From NCBI RefSeq assembly GCF_016433145.1, contig NC_058131.1, positions 556,366,887 through 556,430,735 on the forward strand: a stretch of DNA of 63,849 nt. Direction: 5' to 3'. Both the position numbers and the translations under genes were made by a program. This DNA is from Gracilinanus agilis. Its lineage: Eukaryota. The notes under the pieces are model-generated. The model made no database searches. It was given only the letters and a program-made list of their open reading frames with translations, and was not told the origin of the DNA. Position 1 is the stretch's first letter, and each line of letters opens with the position of its first letter. Positions 1 to 11,297 of the stretch are shown one piece after another.

Positions 1-100
1 AAGAGTACATGCTTATGGAGAGGTGAGAGAAAACAGGAAGTAAATGGATAAGAGGAATTATGTAAAATTCATCATATATTTATGTTACATGTATACACAT

Positions 101-152
101 GTATATATATATATATATTTGTGTGTGTATCTATCTCTATCTCTATATCTAT
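101..152. repeat. (TA)n/(TG)n/(TCTA)n compound microsatellite
   Basis: Directly visible simple repeats. Confidence 0.8.
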
Positions 153-696
153 ATTTCCAAAAGACAGGGGGAAATTACACTATGTATATATTTACATACA
201 CAGAGGCATTTGCATGTAGATAAATACATATATGTATGTGTATGTATATATATTATTTATGCACATTATGGATGTTAGGCAAATTTCTTACAATTTCATA
301 TAGAAGGTTACTATTATATAGGCACAGCTTTCATTTCCTTTTGAATATTAACAGGAAATTCACTTTTTAATTAAATAACCACCTCTTGTCTTTTATTGTG
401 AAGTAAGTTCTTATATTTTATACCCACCTTCATCCTACCAAGCCCCCATTGTACTCATTGAACATAAAAAAGACAGATTGAGAGGTTGTGAATGAGTTCT
501 TTTCTTTGTATCCAAAACATTGGATCATTTAAATCAAATCCCCAAATCCCCTTCCTTCAGCAATGAGCTGGCTCACATTGCCTATATCACACATTTTTCT
601 AGCCCTTTTTATTTTTAAAATCTTTAAGATTTTCATAACCCTTTCCTCATGTTTACTGTTAGTCAAAGAGTGCAGAGTCAAAAAGTGTTTTTGTAA

Positions 697-800
697 CCCC
701 AAGTTACAAATGAGAAAATTAGAACTCAGCAAGGCAAAGTAATTTGTCTGAAACCACACAACATATGGAATAGCCAGTAACTGAATCTAGATTTTTAAAG
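697..800 (-). mobile_element. MIR/CORE-SINE fragment
   Basis: 'acaaatgagaaaatttag...aaggcaaagtaatttgtctgaaaccacac' resembles the antisense CORE; degenerate. Confidence 0.45.
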
Positions 801-2029
801 GATTATCATTTTCTAACCTACCTCTCTGATTTAAAATATGAAGATTATGGATTACAGAATAGGTAGAGCAAGCTAGATATATCATCATTGCTATCTCTCA
901 GTGTTTTTTGAGATCCATGATGATAAGTCCTAGGTACCTATACTGGTTCACTGGTAATGCTCTTGATAAAAATAAGTTGAATGGAAATGATCTGCATATT
1001 AGTGCTGAGAATTCATTTTAGTTTTAAGACCTTATCCAAAACATTTGTCTTTTTCAATGTTCAGAGGCAAGAAATAAATCCCATCTCATCATCTAAATTT
1101 ATTTATTTCCCAAGAAGATAACATCTGAAGTGAACAAGATTTCCTAGATTCTGGTGGTTATGATTTATTAAATGTTAACAAAGACCTGGTTCCTCGTTCA
1201 GTCTTTGTCCTATAACAAATGGCAATCATCATTATTAACTGCTGAGTCCAAGTAGAAAAGATAGCTTTCCTCACATTTTTCACAAAAATGTTGGATGAAT
1301 GCTAAATTTCAAAAATCACACTAATTGTGTCAACTGAGTAATTCCTATAACGACATTGAAATATTCCCTTAAGGCTTATTCCTTTTAGTTAGCTTCTTCT
1401 CCGTTCTGTCTGCATTAAAAGTCAACTCATTTAACTTTGTCCTTAATTTTGTCTAGAAGAGTCAAAGGCTTAAGTCAGAGAGAGATTTCAAGACCATGAA
1501 ATGGAATTGAATATCATTAAGGTAAAAAATCACACAAACACCTCAGTTGCCTCACTCTTTCAATAAGTATTAAAGTCTTCTTAACCCTTAACATGACTGT
1601 AAGCTAGACCTCTACCACTATCACTTTTTACATTTGTCATCATGGTGCCCAAAGGATATCTTCAATGTGAATAATTTTATCTACTTCCACCTACCAGTTC
1701 TGAAGCAGACTCTAAAGGAAAAGAATCAGGTAAAAGAAAAGGATCCTCCAAAACCATCATTCTTTGGAATTAATCACATTCCATCAACAAAATTCTATTT
1801 ATTTGTCTTCCATTTATCGATAATTAAAACTCAGAAACCTAATCGTTGTCAGTGACCAATAGGAAAATGTTTGTGGAGTGAAGTCATCTTGCTGTGGGAG
1901 TTATTAAAACATTCTTCTTTGATTTTTCCAGGGACGCAGGAATAAGAACGTTTAAATTGTTGCTTTGTGATTTCAAGAAATGGAACATCCCACAAGGAAT
2001 ACAGGCCATAAATTTAAAGCTAAGAAGTC

Positions 2030-2420
2030 ACATTTGGAAGTCATTAAGTATTTATTATGTGTCTATTATATGGCAATCACAATGTTAAACACTAGGGATA
2101 AAAAGAAAACAAAAAAAGTCTGCTTTCAAGGAGCTCACAATCTAATGGGGGGAGACAGCATGCAAATAATGAAGAAGGTATATATAAGATAAATTAGAAA
2201 TAATTTCAAAGAAAAGGCATTAAGACCAAGAAGGAGTAGGTAAGTTTTCTTTCAGAAAGTGAGTTTTTTGCTAATTCTTGAAAGAATTCAGTGAAGCCAG
2301 GATGTTTAAATGAGAGAGGAGAGAGTTCCAGACATGAGGACAGCTAGTAAAAAATGTTCTGGCTCTAAAGTGTCCTATATGAAGAATAGTAAGGTAGCTA
2401 GTGTCATTGATCACAGAATA
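2030..2420 (-). mobile_element. L2 LINE 3' fragment
   Basis: 'aagtatttattatgtgtc...ctttcaaggagctcacaatctaatggggggagacag' is the typical antisense L2 3' end. Confidence 0.55.
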
Positions 2421-2439
2421 TATGAAAGGTATCTTAGAG

Positions 2440-2600
2440 ACCATCTAGATCAACTCCCTGTCCTATTTATATAATGGAGAAACTAAATCTCAATTAGGTG
2501 AAGTAGCTTGCCTAAGTTCACAGTTAGAATGTCTGAGGGAAGATTTGATCTTAGTTCCTTCCTAACTCCATATCTACACTCTCTGTCCACTATGCCTCTT
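2440..2600 (-). mobile_element. MIR/MAR1-type CORE-SINE
   Basis: 'ggagaaactaaatctc...gcttgcctaagttcacag...gatttgatcttag' matches the antisense CORE. Confidence 0.65.
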
Positions 2601-3158
2601 ATAAGGTCACCTTGAATTGTTGTCAATTTCAGACAGTTTGTAACTTGATCTTATTTAACACTGTTCTGTGTATCTTCCCATAGGAGTCCATTTGCCTAAA
2701 GTAGACATGATATGAAGCATTGGCACACATTTCCAGGACCCTAAGAGACTCAGGTCAGTGCTAATTAAAGCCAGAAACTGGGAAACTGAAAATTCCTATA
2801 CATCTCATTTTTATTTTTATTTTTTCTTAACAGTAATTTTTGTTGGATGCTTTTAAGATCTATGCCGTTTGCTGGATAACTGAAGTGCTAATTTCTGGGT
2901 GTAAAAAGAATGAAAATAGACAGCCTACAAATAATTATTCAATGTTTCAATAATCACTTATTGTTTAACCCTCATCATGCCAAGAAAATCTGCATTAGCC
3001 ATGAAGAGGGTAGAATTTCTCATTCTGATAAGTAAAGTCTATGGTTTTGATATGGGTAAGATCAGATATATACATTCTTTTGCTCTTTTGAGTTGTGGAA
3101 CAATATGAGGTAGAAATGGCAAATTAGTATACAAATGGCATTGAGAAATATAGAGACA

Positions 3159-3268
3159 GGGAGCAATTAGTTGGTTCAGTGGTTTGAGAGCCACTTCCTA
3201 GCTGTGTGACCCTGGGCAAGACACTTAATCCCCATTGCCTAGCCCTTACCACTCATCTGCCTTGGAAC
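3159..3268 (+). mobile_element. SINE1_Mdo-type SINE, 5' half (split by the ERV)
   Basis: Matches the intact copy at 36050-36250 through '...ctgccttggaac', with an internal deletion. Left TSD AGAAATATAGAGACA at 3144-3158. Confidence 0.9.
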
Positions 3269-3945
3269 TGTAAGAGGGAGATTTTATATATTTTATAGAT
3301 ATATATTTAAAGTGTGGCCACCAGGAATCAATAATTCATATTGATTCCATAATTAAAAGCCAAGTCAGGATTGGGTTTAAGGTAGTTTATTTACAATTAG
3401 GAAGGTAAAAGGTAGGGCAATAGAGAGAGGGAGAAGCTAGTCCAGGCCTGCAGAGGCCTGGATGGAGAGAGAAGGTTAAAGGGCTAAATAAATTAGGCTA
3501 CAAGCCACAAGGCCTAGCATTCAGATAGGCTAGAGCCTACTTAAGGTAGAGTGTTGGAAAAAAAGCCAAGGTAGGCCAAGGAAGTCAGCCTAACTTACCC
3601 ACGTGACCATTCAGAGTAGAAGCTGCCTGAGGTCTCCCCAGAGATCCTTCAGCACCAAGTTCAAAGCAGGAACTCCCTTAGCAGGAAGTAACCAACATAC
3701 TTGAAGAGAAAGTGTCTTTTGTCACTTCCTGTGGGTCCACCTCTAATTCAAGTGGACAAATGGCAGCCTCTACACTGATTTGGACTGCCCAAAGGGCAGT
3801 CCCTTGTTCTTGATTTGTTACTTATTGTCACGTGTGGGTAACTCATCCCCTTCCCCACTAAGGGAGGTGGGGATGATATCATCTCTATGCCTAGGGTAAG
3901 TAGAGTTTTGACTATGAATGGGCTAGAGCTAATTCTATTAACACA
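3269..3945 (-). mobile_element. ERV 3' LTR (677 bp)
   Basis: Minus strand starts TGTGTTAATAG just after the PPT and ends CCCTCTTACA. AATAAA at 3386-3391 (-). Confidence 0.9.
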
Positions 3946-3955
3946 ATCCCCCCTG
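3946..3955 (-). other. Polypurine tract (CAGGGGGGAT) abutting the 3' LTR
   Basis: G-run immediately 5' of the LTR TG on the minus strand. Confidence 0.8.
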
Positions 3956-5424
3956 ATGATCATATTGGGTGCCTAGTCACCCCAAGTGATCATTTTACAT
4001 AATCATCTTATACTCACAAAGGTCTTCTAACTACAATAGTTAGAGATAAGAGGGGAAATGGAAAAGAGATAAAGCAAAACCAATGTTTTGCTACATGCAT
4101 TAACAAGAAACCAATTGGGGGCAGTCCCCTATAGGTATAACATGTACAATTAAAGTAACTGTTCAAACCCCATCAGTACAATCAGTTGTACCCAAAAGTT
4201 CATTCTGGATAGCTCAATGCAACAAACTCATCAGTTCAATCAATTGCAACCCAAAGTTCATTCTGGATCTCTTGATTAAATGTAGATTTTTCAGGCATCT
4301 CTCTGCAAACAGTTCATTCTCTGGATTAAGGAATCAGCAAGTTTCTTTCCCTGAGAATTTTCTTGAACAAAATCAAAAATTAAATCTTGGATATAATAAA
4401 AATACAACTAAATCTTGGATTTTTATAAAAATACAATACCCCCCTGACTTGGGTATTTAGAAAGAAATACCCAGATCAGCTCAAGATATATAGTTGAGTC
4501 ATGGGGTTGTATGAGTAAATTCAAAAGAAAAAACAAAAGTATATAAAAAATCAAATAGAAGAAAATTGAAACTTTGGAAAAAGAAAACATTAAAATCAAA
4601 ATCAAAATATCAAAAGCTATGTATATAAAATTTTTGAAGAAACAAAATTATTAGGGTCCAATTAATAAAATTTCCATCCTACTAGTCTGTAGGACACAAT
4701 GCAGTAATACTGCATTTACCCATTTGCAGCTAAGACTACAGGAAGTTGCCATTCTATAAGAGAGAAAAAAGGACCAGATTAATATGCAAGGGAAGTGTCT
4801 GTCATTTCCTTCATTCTCAGGAATATATGGGTGAGCCAGATGATAGCCAACCTGTGGTACCTGACTGGCAGTGTAGTTCGAAGAGTCCTATGTCTTAACA
4901 TATGTTAAGCATTGAAACAGCGATTCTTACACTGAGTTCAAGTCCTTTGTGTTGGCATGGGAGTACCTCAATCCCACCTGTATTTGTATGAGCTCTTTAA
5001 GTTTGTGCTCCTTGGCACTGTGCAGATGTTCTCATCAATCCCATTGGATTGGTCGGTCGGTCTCCATGACCTTGTGCTTTGTTATTAGCACTATTAACTG
5101 CTCTTGTGTTCCCTTCTCCTGGAATCAGACAGAAGCATTAATCACAGTCCCATAACATTTAACAATATATGGCAGGTTCCCAAAGTCTAAACCTTGTGAG
5201 TAAGCAATAATATTACAGCATATATTTTATAGCATTGCAAAAAATAATGAAAAAAAATTAAGTGATTATATGTACTTAAGTACAAGAAATGAGAAAAGAC
5301 AAAAAATATCAATTATTCTATTAAAAGATATTAGGAAAATCAATAAGAAAATTAAAATAAAATCAGGGAAAGAATCAAGACAAACCAATGATTCAAAAAT
5401 TAGCATCCATTAGTCTACGAACTG

Positions 5425-8400
5425 TTATCTCCATGCAGGTAACAGGAAACAATCAGGTTCAATAGAAGATGCCCTCTTTACATGTGAGCAATGAATCCAA
5501 GAGTCCTTTTCTCCAATTTTTATAGCTGTTAGAGTAGTTAATAAATTTCAAACAGGCCATCCCATGAAGGCTGGGTTGCCCCAGTGCACTGGAAGTTCTT
5601 TATATACACCTTGTCTCCTGGGTTCAGGTCATAAAGTGAAAAGTCTATTGGTCCTGCTTGTACTGCAGTTCCAGATTCATGGAGTTCACTCAGTTTGTAT
5701 TGCAATTCCCATATATAGGAAGCAATAGAAGTATCTCCTCCTAAAAGTGTTGTATATGCAGGAGAAAAAGGCTTAGCCTGTATAGGAGGATGTCCAAAAA
5801 GCATCTCATATGGTGAGATGTGTAGATCTCCCCATGCCTGCTTCTAATAATAGAGCTAGAGGAAGAATTTCAGGCCATTTTAGATGTGTCTCAGTACATA
5901 ATTTGCCAATCATAGTTTTAAGTTCTCTGTTCATCCATTCAACTTGGCCTGAACTCTGGGGGTGATATGGTACATGGAATTTTGGAGTTATCCCCAGACA
6001 GGAATATATTTCACATAAAACTGAATCAGTAAAGTGACTCCCCCTGTCCGAGTCAATATGTGCAGGCAGGCCAAAACGAGGAATGATTTCTTTTAAAAGT
6101 ACCTTGGCAACAAAGGCTGATGTGGCTTGGGCAGTAGGAAACACTTCCGGCCACCTGGTCAGTTGATCCACTATGACTAGACAGAATTTATATTGTCCAG
6201 CCTTTGGCATTGTTATAAAATCAATTTGAGGGTACTCAAAAGGTGTGTATGCCAATGGATGCCCATCAAAAGACTTGCCACGAAAGGCGTGCTGGTTATA
6301 TGCTTGGCAGGTAGGGCAAGCTGCACACACTTTAGAGGCTATAGTGGTTATGCTAGGAGCTATCCGTACCCTTTTAACAGAGTCCACGATGCCCTGGGTA
6401 TCAAAATGACCATTTTTTATGAATAGATTGGCAAATTTCGTGATAAAAGTGTCTAGGGAGCAGGGGTTTTCCTTCAGAGGACACCCATACTCCAATTATC
6501 TCTTTAGCTTTAAATTTCTGCTTCCATTTTGTTACTTCCTTCTCATCATAGGAAAGTGATAAATTTGAGTCATCAGTGGTTGTTAATGTTAAAATTAATT
6601 CAGGCCCTTCTATAGCTGCTAGCTTTGCAGCAGTATCTGCCCGGTCATTTCCCCTAGAGACAGGGTCAGTGCCACCTGTATGGGCAGAGCAATGAACTAC
6701 ATCTAGGGCTTTGGGTAGCTGGAGAACAGAAAGAACTTCATTAATAAATTTTGCATTAGCTATAGATTTTCCAGCTGAGGTTAAAAATCCTCTCTGGAGC
6801 CATAACATACCCACTGCATGACATATTCCAAATGCGTATCGAGAATCCATATAAATTGTTGCCCTTCTATCTTTGGCAATTATACATGCATGTTTTAGGG
6901 CTATGAGTTCTGCGGCTTGAGCACTTAGATTTGAGGGCAGTGAAGCTGACCATACGGTGTTAAATTCTGTGACTACAGCAGCTCCAGTGTAGCATATGCC
7001 ATCCCTCATAAAAGAAGAACCATCAGTAAATAAAACTAGATCAGGATTCTCTAAAGGAGTGTCCAGGAGATTGTCTCGAGGCTTTTCAGCCATTGACACG
7101 AGTGTTTCACAATTATGTAAAGGTTCTTCTGAGACTGGTAAATCAGGAAGCAAGGTGGCAGGATTAAGAGTTGTACAACGTTTTAAAGTAATATTTTCAT
7201 TATTTAGGAAGGTTATTTCATACCTTGTAATTCCCTGATCAGAAAATGACTGTGTTCTATGCCTTAGCAGTAATGCTTCCACCTCATGTGGGCACATAAT
7301 TGTTAATGGGCATCCCAATACTAGATCAACAGATTTTGTCACTAACAGAGCTGTGGCAGCTACGCCTCTAAGACATGGTGGTGCACTTGCAGCTATAGGG
7401 TCCAGCTGGGCCAAATAATAAGCAACTGGACACTTGTAAGGTCCCAAAGTTTGGATTAAAACACCTGAAGCTACCCCTCTATGCTCATGTACATATAAAG
7501 TAAATGGTTTGTTATAATCTGGGATGCCTAGAGCAGGAGCAGACAGGATAGCTTGTTTTAAATTCGATAAAGCTAACTTGTGCTCTGGCTCTAATTTAAG
7601 TGGTTCAGGGACCGAATCTTTTGTTAATGCTATAAGGGGTTTAGTAATTTTCCCATAGCAAGGGATCCACTGTCTGCAAAAACCTGTTGCTCCTAAGATT
7701 GCTCTTAAGTATTTTTTAGTGGTAGGATCGCTCAATTTTTGAATATTTTCAATGCGTTTAGGGGATATATAGCTGGTACCAGCTGTCAAAATGAACCCCA
7801 AATATTCTACTCTGGGGAGACACCACTGAACTTTTCCTTTTGATATCTTATGTTCTCTTTTATGTAATTTACTATCTTCTTGGCATGTTTTAGCATCTGG
7901 TGAAGCCAGGAGCAAGTGATCCACATATTTAATTAATTTACTATTTTTAAATGTTATATTATCTGTATCTTGGCTCAAAATCAGAGCAAAAATGGATGAA
8001 CTTTCACAATACCCCTGAGGAAAACGCCCCCAGAACTACTGAGAATTATTCCAGGTAAAGGCAAATATATGTCTGGAATCCTCATGAATAGGAATTGAGA
8101 AAAAGGCTGAATACAGGTCCACGACCTGTAAAGTAAGTGGTTGTACTGGGAATAGAGGAAATTATTGTGTTTGGGTTTGAAACCACTGGGGGTCTCTTTA
8201 TAACATGATTGTTTATAGCCTTTAAATCTTAAACAAATCTATATTGGGGTTTTCCATCTGGGCCTAATATTGGCTTCTTAATAGGTAGAATAGGTGTATT
8301 ATATTTTGACTTGCATGGGATTATTATTCCTTGCTCAATTAATGTATTTATCACTGGGGTAATTCCCTCAATGGCTTCTTTTGATAAGGGGTACTGAGGA

Positions 8401-9016
8401 ATGGAGGGAGCTGGCCCTCCTCTTGTTCTAATCGGAAAAGGAAGAGCTGATTTAAGTAGGCCTACATCAGTAGAAGATGTGGCCCAGAGAGAGTCTGGGA
8501 TATCATCTGGGATTTCAAAAGTGGGAGGCTCCTTTACTTCCTGCTCTTCTGAGAGAAGTACAGGGAGCAAGTTTAAAGAGTCCTCAGGTAATTCCAGTGA
8601 CATAGAACCATCTGGATTGCAAATTATTGTGGCTTTAAGTTTATATAATAGATCTCTTCCCGGTAAGTTTGTGGGGGATCCAGGCATTAAAAGAAAGGAG
8701 TGTTCGATTGATAAAGGTCCAAGACTAACCAAATGAGGAGAAAGTTTTGGGACCTTTTGAGGTGTTCCTGATACCCCTACTACGTTTAGAGAGCTAGTAG
8801 AATTACAGTTTACATCTGGCTTGCTCACCAGTACTGATCTTGAAGCCCTAGTGTCTAGCAAACAATCGTAATATGAATTTCCCACTTTTAGGGTTACATG
8901 AGGTTCCTTACTATTTGGGGGGCAATGTATGGGGATAATGGGCATTAGAACATCAGGGTCTGGAAAGTCAAAGGTTTACTTTTTTGATTCCAAAGCCTTC
9001 CCCCCCACACACACCT
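5425..9016 (-). pseudogene. pol: ERV pro-pol pseudogene (protease, RT, RNase H, integrase)
   Basis: Protease EPHVTLKVG...LLDTRAS (DTGA mutated). RT FPQGYCES and YVDH (YVDD mutated). RNase H FTDGSS/AQAAELIAL/DSRYAFG/NDRAD. Integrase HKNGH...CPTC, QIDF/DSDRG/VEWMN, and a C-terminal WDGLF...WIHCSHVK module; stop at 5425. Several frameshifts and in-frame stops. The TGA-terminated gag followed by pro fits the class I readthrough layout, now one base out of frame. Confidence 0.93.
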
Positions 9017-10667
9017 TCATAAAGATGCTTGGGCTCCATGCCCCTCCCCCCCCCCCCACTGAGGGGCATTAGCACCCTGATTAGTTCTGGGGCAAGCTCC
9101 ACTTAAGATATACTGTTGTGGGGTCACTTGGAATGAGTTATCATCATCCCAAGATTTATTTCTAGCATTTCTATCATGCCTAAAATTACTATTCCTGGAA
9201 TCATCATCATCATCATCATTATTATTCCTATTCCTGTTGTTATTCCTATAGTTATCTTTCGGCTGGGCATCATTTCTGAAAAACCTTGAGAAATTTCTAC
9301 AAGTCATCATTGTATGGCCCTTTTTTGCACAGAAAGAAAAGATAGTGGGCCTATTCTTAGATTCTTGGAGAGGGGCTATAATCTCTCCTTTATTTTTTAG
9401 TTTTTCTTTTAGCATTTTTTTTCTGCTTTTAAAGTATCCATTGAGTCAGTATCTTTCTCACGTTCTTGTGCTTGGCCCCTAAAAACATTGGATCCTACTT
9501 TCCTCAATTCCCCAAGGGTCATAGTTTCCCAGGTTGGGCAGTTAGTTTTAAAGTAGTCTTTGACTATTTTGCAGGAATTTTTTACAAATTGCCTAAGTAC
9601 ATGTTTAATATCCCGTTCCATGGCTAAATCAAGGCCCAAATATATTTCTGCAACCTCAATCAGCCTGTCCATAAAATGGGAGGGAGTTTCATGGGTAAGT
9701 TGTCTGGTTTCCTAGAATTTTGACCAGGTGTCCTCTGTATCAGCACAGGTTTTCATGGCTATCAATAATGCCTCCCTGCTGTCATGCAATTTCTTAATAT
9801 CTGTTGCAGAATTATCTTTTTTATGGTTGGCCCGAGTAATGATCCTCTCTTTCCCAGCAACTGTCAGAAGTTCATCTAAAACATTTTCAACATCCTGCCA
9901 GGTAGGGTCATAAGTTCGGAATATATTGCCTAATTTTTTTTAAAACTATGAATAGTTCTTTCTCAAAAGTGGGCATATTTTCTTTAAATCTAGTGAAATC
10001 ATCAGGGCTGAAGGGAGTAAAGTGTCTTACAGACACCAAGTCTCCTTCAGTATTAAAAGTGGGTACTTCTCGTAAAGGAAATAGCACTGCATTATCTTGA
10101 GTTCCTGTCTCTGTCTGAGTAGAGGCAGAGAGGGTAGGGGCTGAAGCAGCAGCAGCATCTAGGACTGTCTGTGGGAGGGGCTGAGGGGTGGGTTGGATGG
10201 GTTGTGGAGGGGGCAGGATGGGCTGAGGATGGGGCGGTACAAGTTTGGGAGGGGGGGTGGGTTGAGGAGGGAGGGTGGCAGTATCAATATCAATGGATTG
10301 AGTGGAGCGTGTGTCAGGAGCGCTTTCAGAGGAATCCTCAAATGAGGAAGTATGGAGGAATAATTCTCTCTTTTGTTGGAATTTCCTTCTCAACTGTTTC
10401 CTCTTTTTTAAATGGTTTTTTACATAAGCCATCAGTTGCTCTACATTCCTCTCCAACTTACTCGTTTTCCTTATTGAGAAGTAAAGATAAATCACTCCCC
10501 CTACAAGCATTGCCATCACCCTTAAATACAGTGTGAGAAATATCCCTTGAATTGTATTTTGTGGGACTACTAACCTGAAAAAAAAAACTCACTCCTATAA
10601 TGTTGATCCAGTTTTTAAAAGTCTGGACTCCAGAGTTCACTAAGTCTTTAATGGGCTGAAACCACAT
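9017..10667 (-). pseudogene. gag: ERV gag pseudogene (hydrophobic N-terminus, Pro-rich region, p30-like CA, CCHC NC, N/D-rich tail)
   Basis: FPLREV...FTPFS, YDPTWQDV, ETPSHFMDRL (MHR-like), and F-x2-C-x4-H-x4-C knuckle. Three frameshifts and an in-frame TAG at 9712-9714. Confidence 0.88.
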
Positions 10668-11244
10668 TTTGTTCCAGAAAATTGATAAATCTGCCTATAA
10701 CTTACTCTTGTCAGTAGATGTCACTAATGGGTAAGGTTTTCCTTCTAAGGGGTGGGCTAAGGTTCTATTGTTTTTGGATTAAGACTTCCTTTTGTTCCTG
10801 CCTGGCAGAAGACAAAGGCTATAGCCTGAGGCTGAGTTCTAGAGATTAGGTTCTTTGAGGGTAGACAGGGCTAAAAAGCAGTTGGGAGTGTCTTTCAAAG
10901 GCTCTGGGAGGCTCTTTTCAGTTGTAAAAGTCTGAAGGTTTTTTTTTTAATCTAAGTGCCTTCTACTCTGGGGAAAAGGGCCATTTAAATTCTAGCTGGC
11001 CCCATCAGGCTTTTGCTTTTTACCACTAAAGATTTTAAAACTAGAAACACAGTTTTGAAATAAAATAGAGAACCAAGCTAAGGCCTAGTTGTAGCCTAAA
11101 AAATTTACTCTCCCTAAAAAATCTACTAATATGCTGAATCTAGTGCCTTCTGCTTCCACTAGGAACAGGGCTGCTTTTAAACCTTATTCAGGTGTGTCCC
11201 AGGTGAAACTAAGGCCAGCTAATTGGGTTATTTGTTCCCTAAGG

Positions 11245-11297
11245 CAATACGTGGTTTTGATTCTATGATGGAAGAAAAAGGTTTAAAAAATAGGAAA
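11245..11297 (+). mobile_element. SINE1_Mdo-type SINE, 3' tail (other half)
   Basis: 'caatacgtggttttgattctatgatggaagaaaaaggtttaaaaaa' corresponds to the SINE1 tail. Right TSD AGAAATACAGAGACA at 11298-11312. Confidence 0.85.

Larger units (their letters stand above)
3269..11244 (-). mobile_element. Defective class I (gamma/epsilon-like) ERV: leader-gag-pro-pol-(no env)-PPT-3'LTR; 5' LTR and PBS absent
   Basis: p30-type capsid, single CCHC knuckle, retropepsin, RT, RNase H and integrase in retroviral order. Ends are defined by the two halves of the interrupted SINE. Confidence 0.93.

Noticed and set aside
4800-5200. Possible env remnant
   Set aside because: All three minus-strand frames are stopped and show no SU or TM hallmarks on manual translation.
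6193-10536. Plus-strand ORFs (6193, 6996, 8401, 10171) as antisense viral genes
   Set aside because: Short shadows of the coding strand with no evidence of independent function; antisense ORFs over the ORs (21029, 42803) were rejected for the same reason.
9017-10667. Provirus is intact and the frameshifts are assembly errors
   Set aside because: In-frame stops and catalytic substitutions exist independently, and the OR ORFs containing homopolymers are intact.
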